This document shows, piece after piece, positions 63,640 through 64,000 of a DNA stretch of 64,000 nucleotides. The translations under genes and the position numbers were made by a program. The DNA comes from Squalus acanthias. Its lineage: Eukaryota. The stretch spans positions 120,282,001-120,346,000 of the forward strand of contig CM059432.1 in assembly GCA_030390025.1 (NCBI GenBank), given 5' to 3'. Every line of letters begins with the position of its first letter. Within the stretch, counting starts at the first letter, position 1. The notes below the pieces were generated by a model, which saw nothing but the letters and a program-made list of their open reading frames with translations, was not told the DNA's origin and did no database searches.

Positions 63640-64000
63640 GGGCTGGATTTTGATACTGGGGACGTGATGGAGGTGGGACTCCCACTTTTTGGGTTGTAGT
63701 CCCGCCTCCATCGACTTGTGGCCAACCACTGCATTTTCACTTGATTGACCTTTGTTGAGCCGCCCAGCGAGCTCAGCAGGCCAATTAAGGGCCACCTGGC
63801 AACAGGTGACGTCACAGATTGACATTTCATCTGTCAAGAGCTTTTGACAGATAACTTGAGTCCTTCCTCTCAGGCTGAGTTAGAAATCATTCCAGCACAG
63901 AAAGCAGAAGGTTGCGGTTTTTGACAGCACCACGGCCATTGTGCTTTCTGTGCCGGTGAGATTTCTGACTCCCGAGACCTGAAGGGCTGACACCTGCAGG
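63640..64000. mobile_element. Start of a Harbinger-type MITE running off the window
   Basis: Begins gggctggattttgatactggg, as does 44574. Confidence 0.7.

Overview
Repeat-saturated eukaryotic genomic DNA, most likely from a cartilaginous fish (shark). This is inferred from DeuSINE/SacSINE1-like SINEs, CR1/L2/RTE LINEs and GC-rich PIF/Harbinger elements. I could not identify any host protein-coding gene, so the window looks intergenic or deep-intronic. It contains many CR1 copies (one with an open 573-aa RT frame), L2 and RTE fragments, a near full-length single-ORF LINE with a tRNA-like head, a decayed two-gene Harbinger transposon with many derived MITEs, three solo LTRs with 4-bp TSDs, and Penelope-like fragments. 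Highlights: (i) two diverged ~1.7-kb solo LTRs sharing a TATA / splice donor / AATAAA layout that implies a very long R region, plus a conserved U5 block; (ii) a minimal hammerhead ribozyme motif; (iii) an apparently perfect 271-bp inverted duplication enclosing that ribozyme; (iv) the tRNA-headed LINE. Family names come from motif recognition by eye, not database searches. Boundaries without a stated TSD are approximate.
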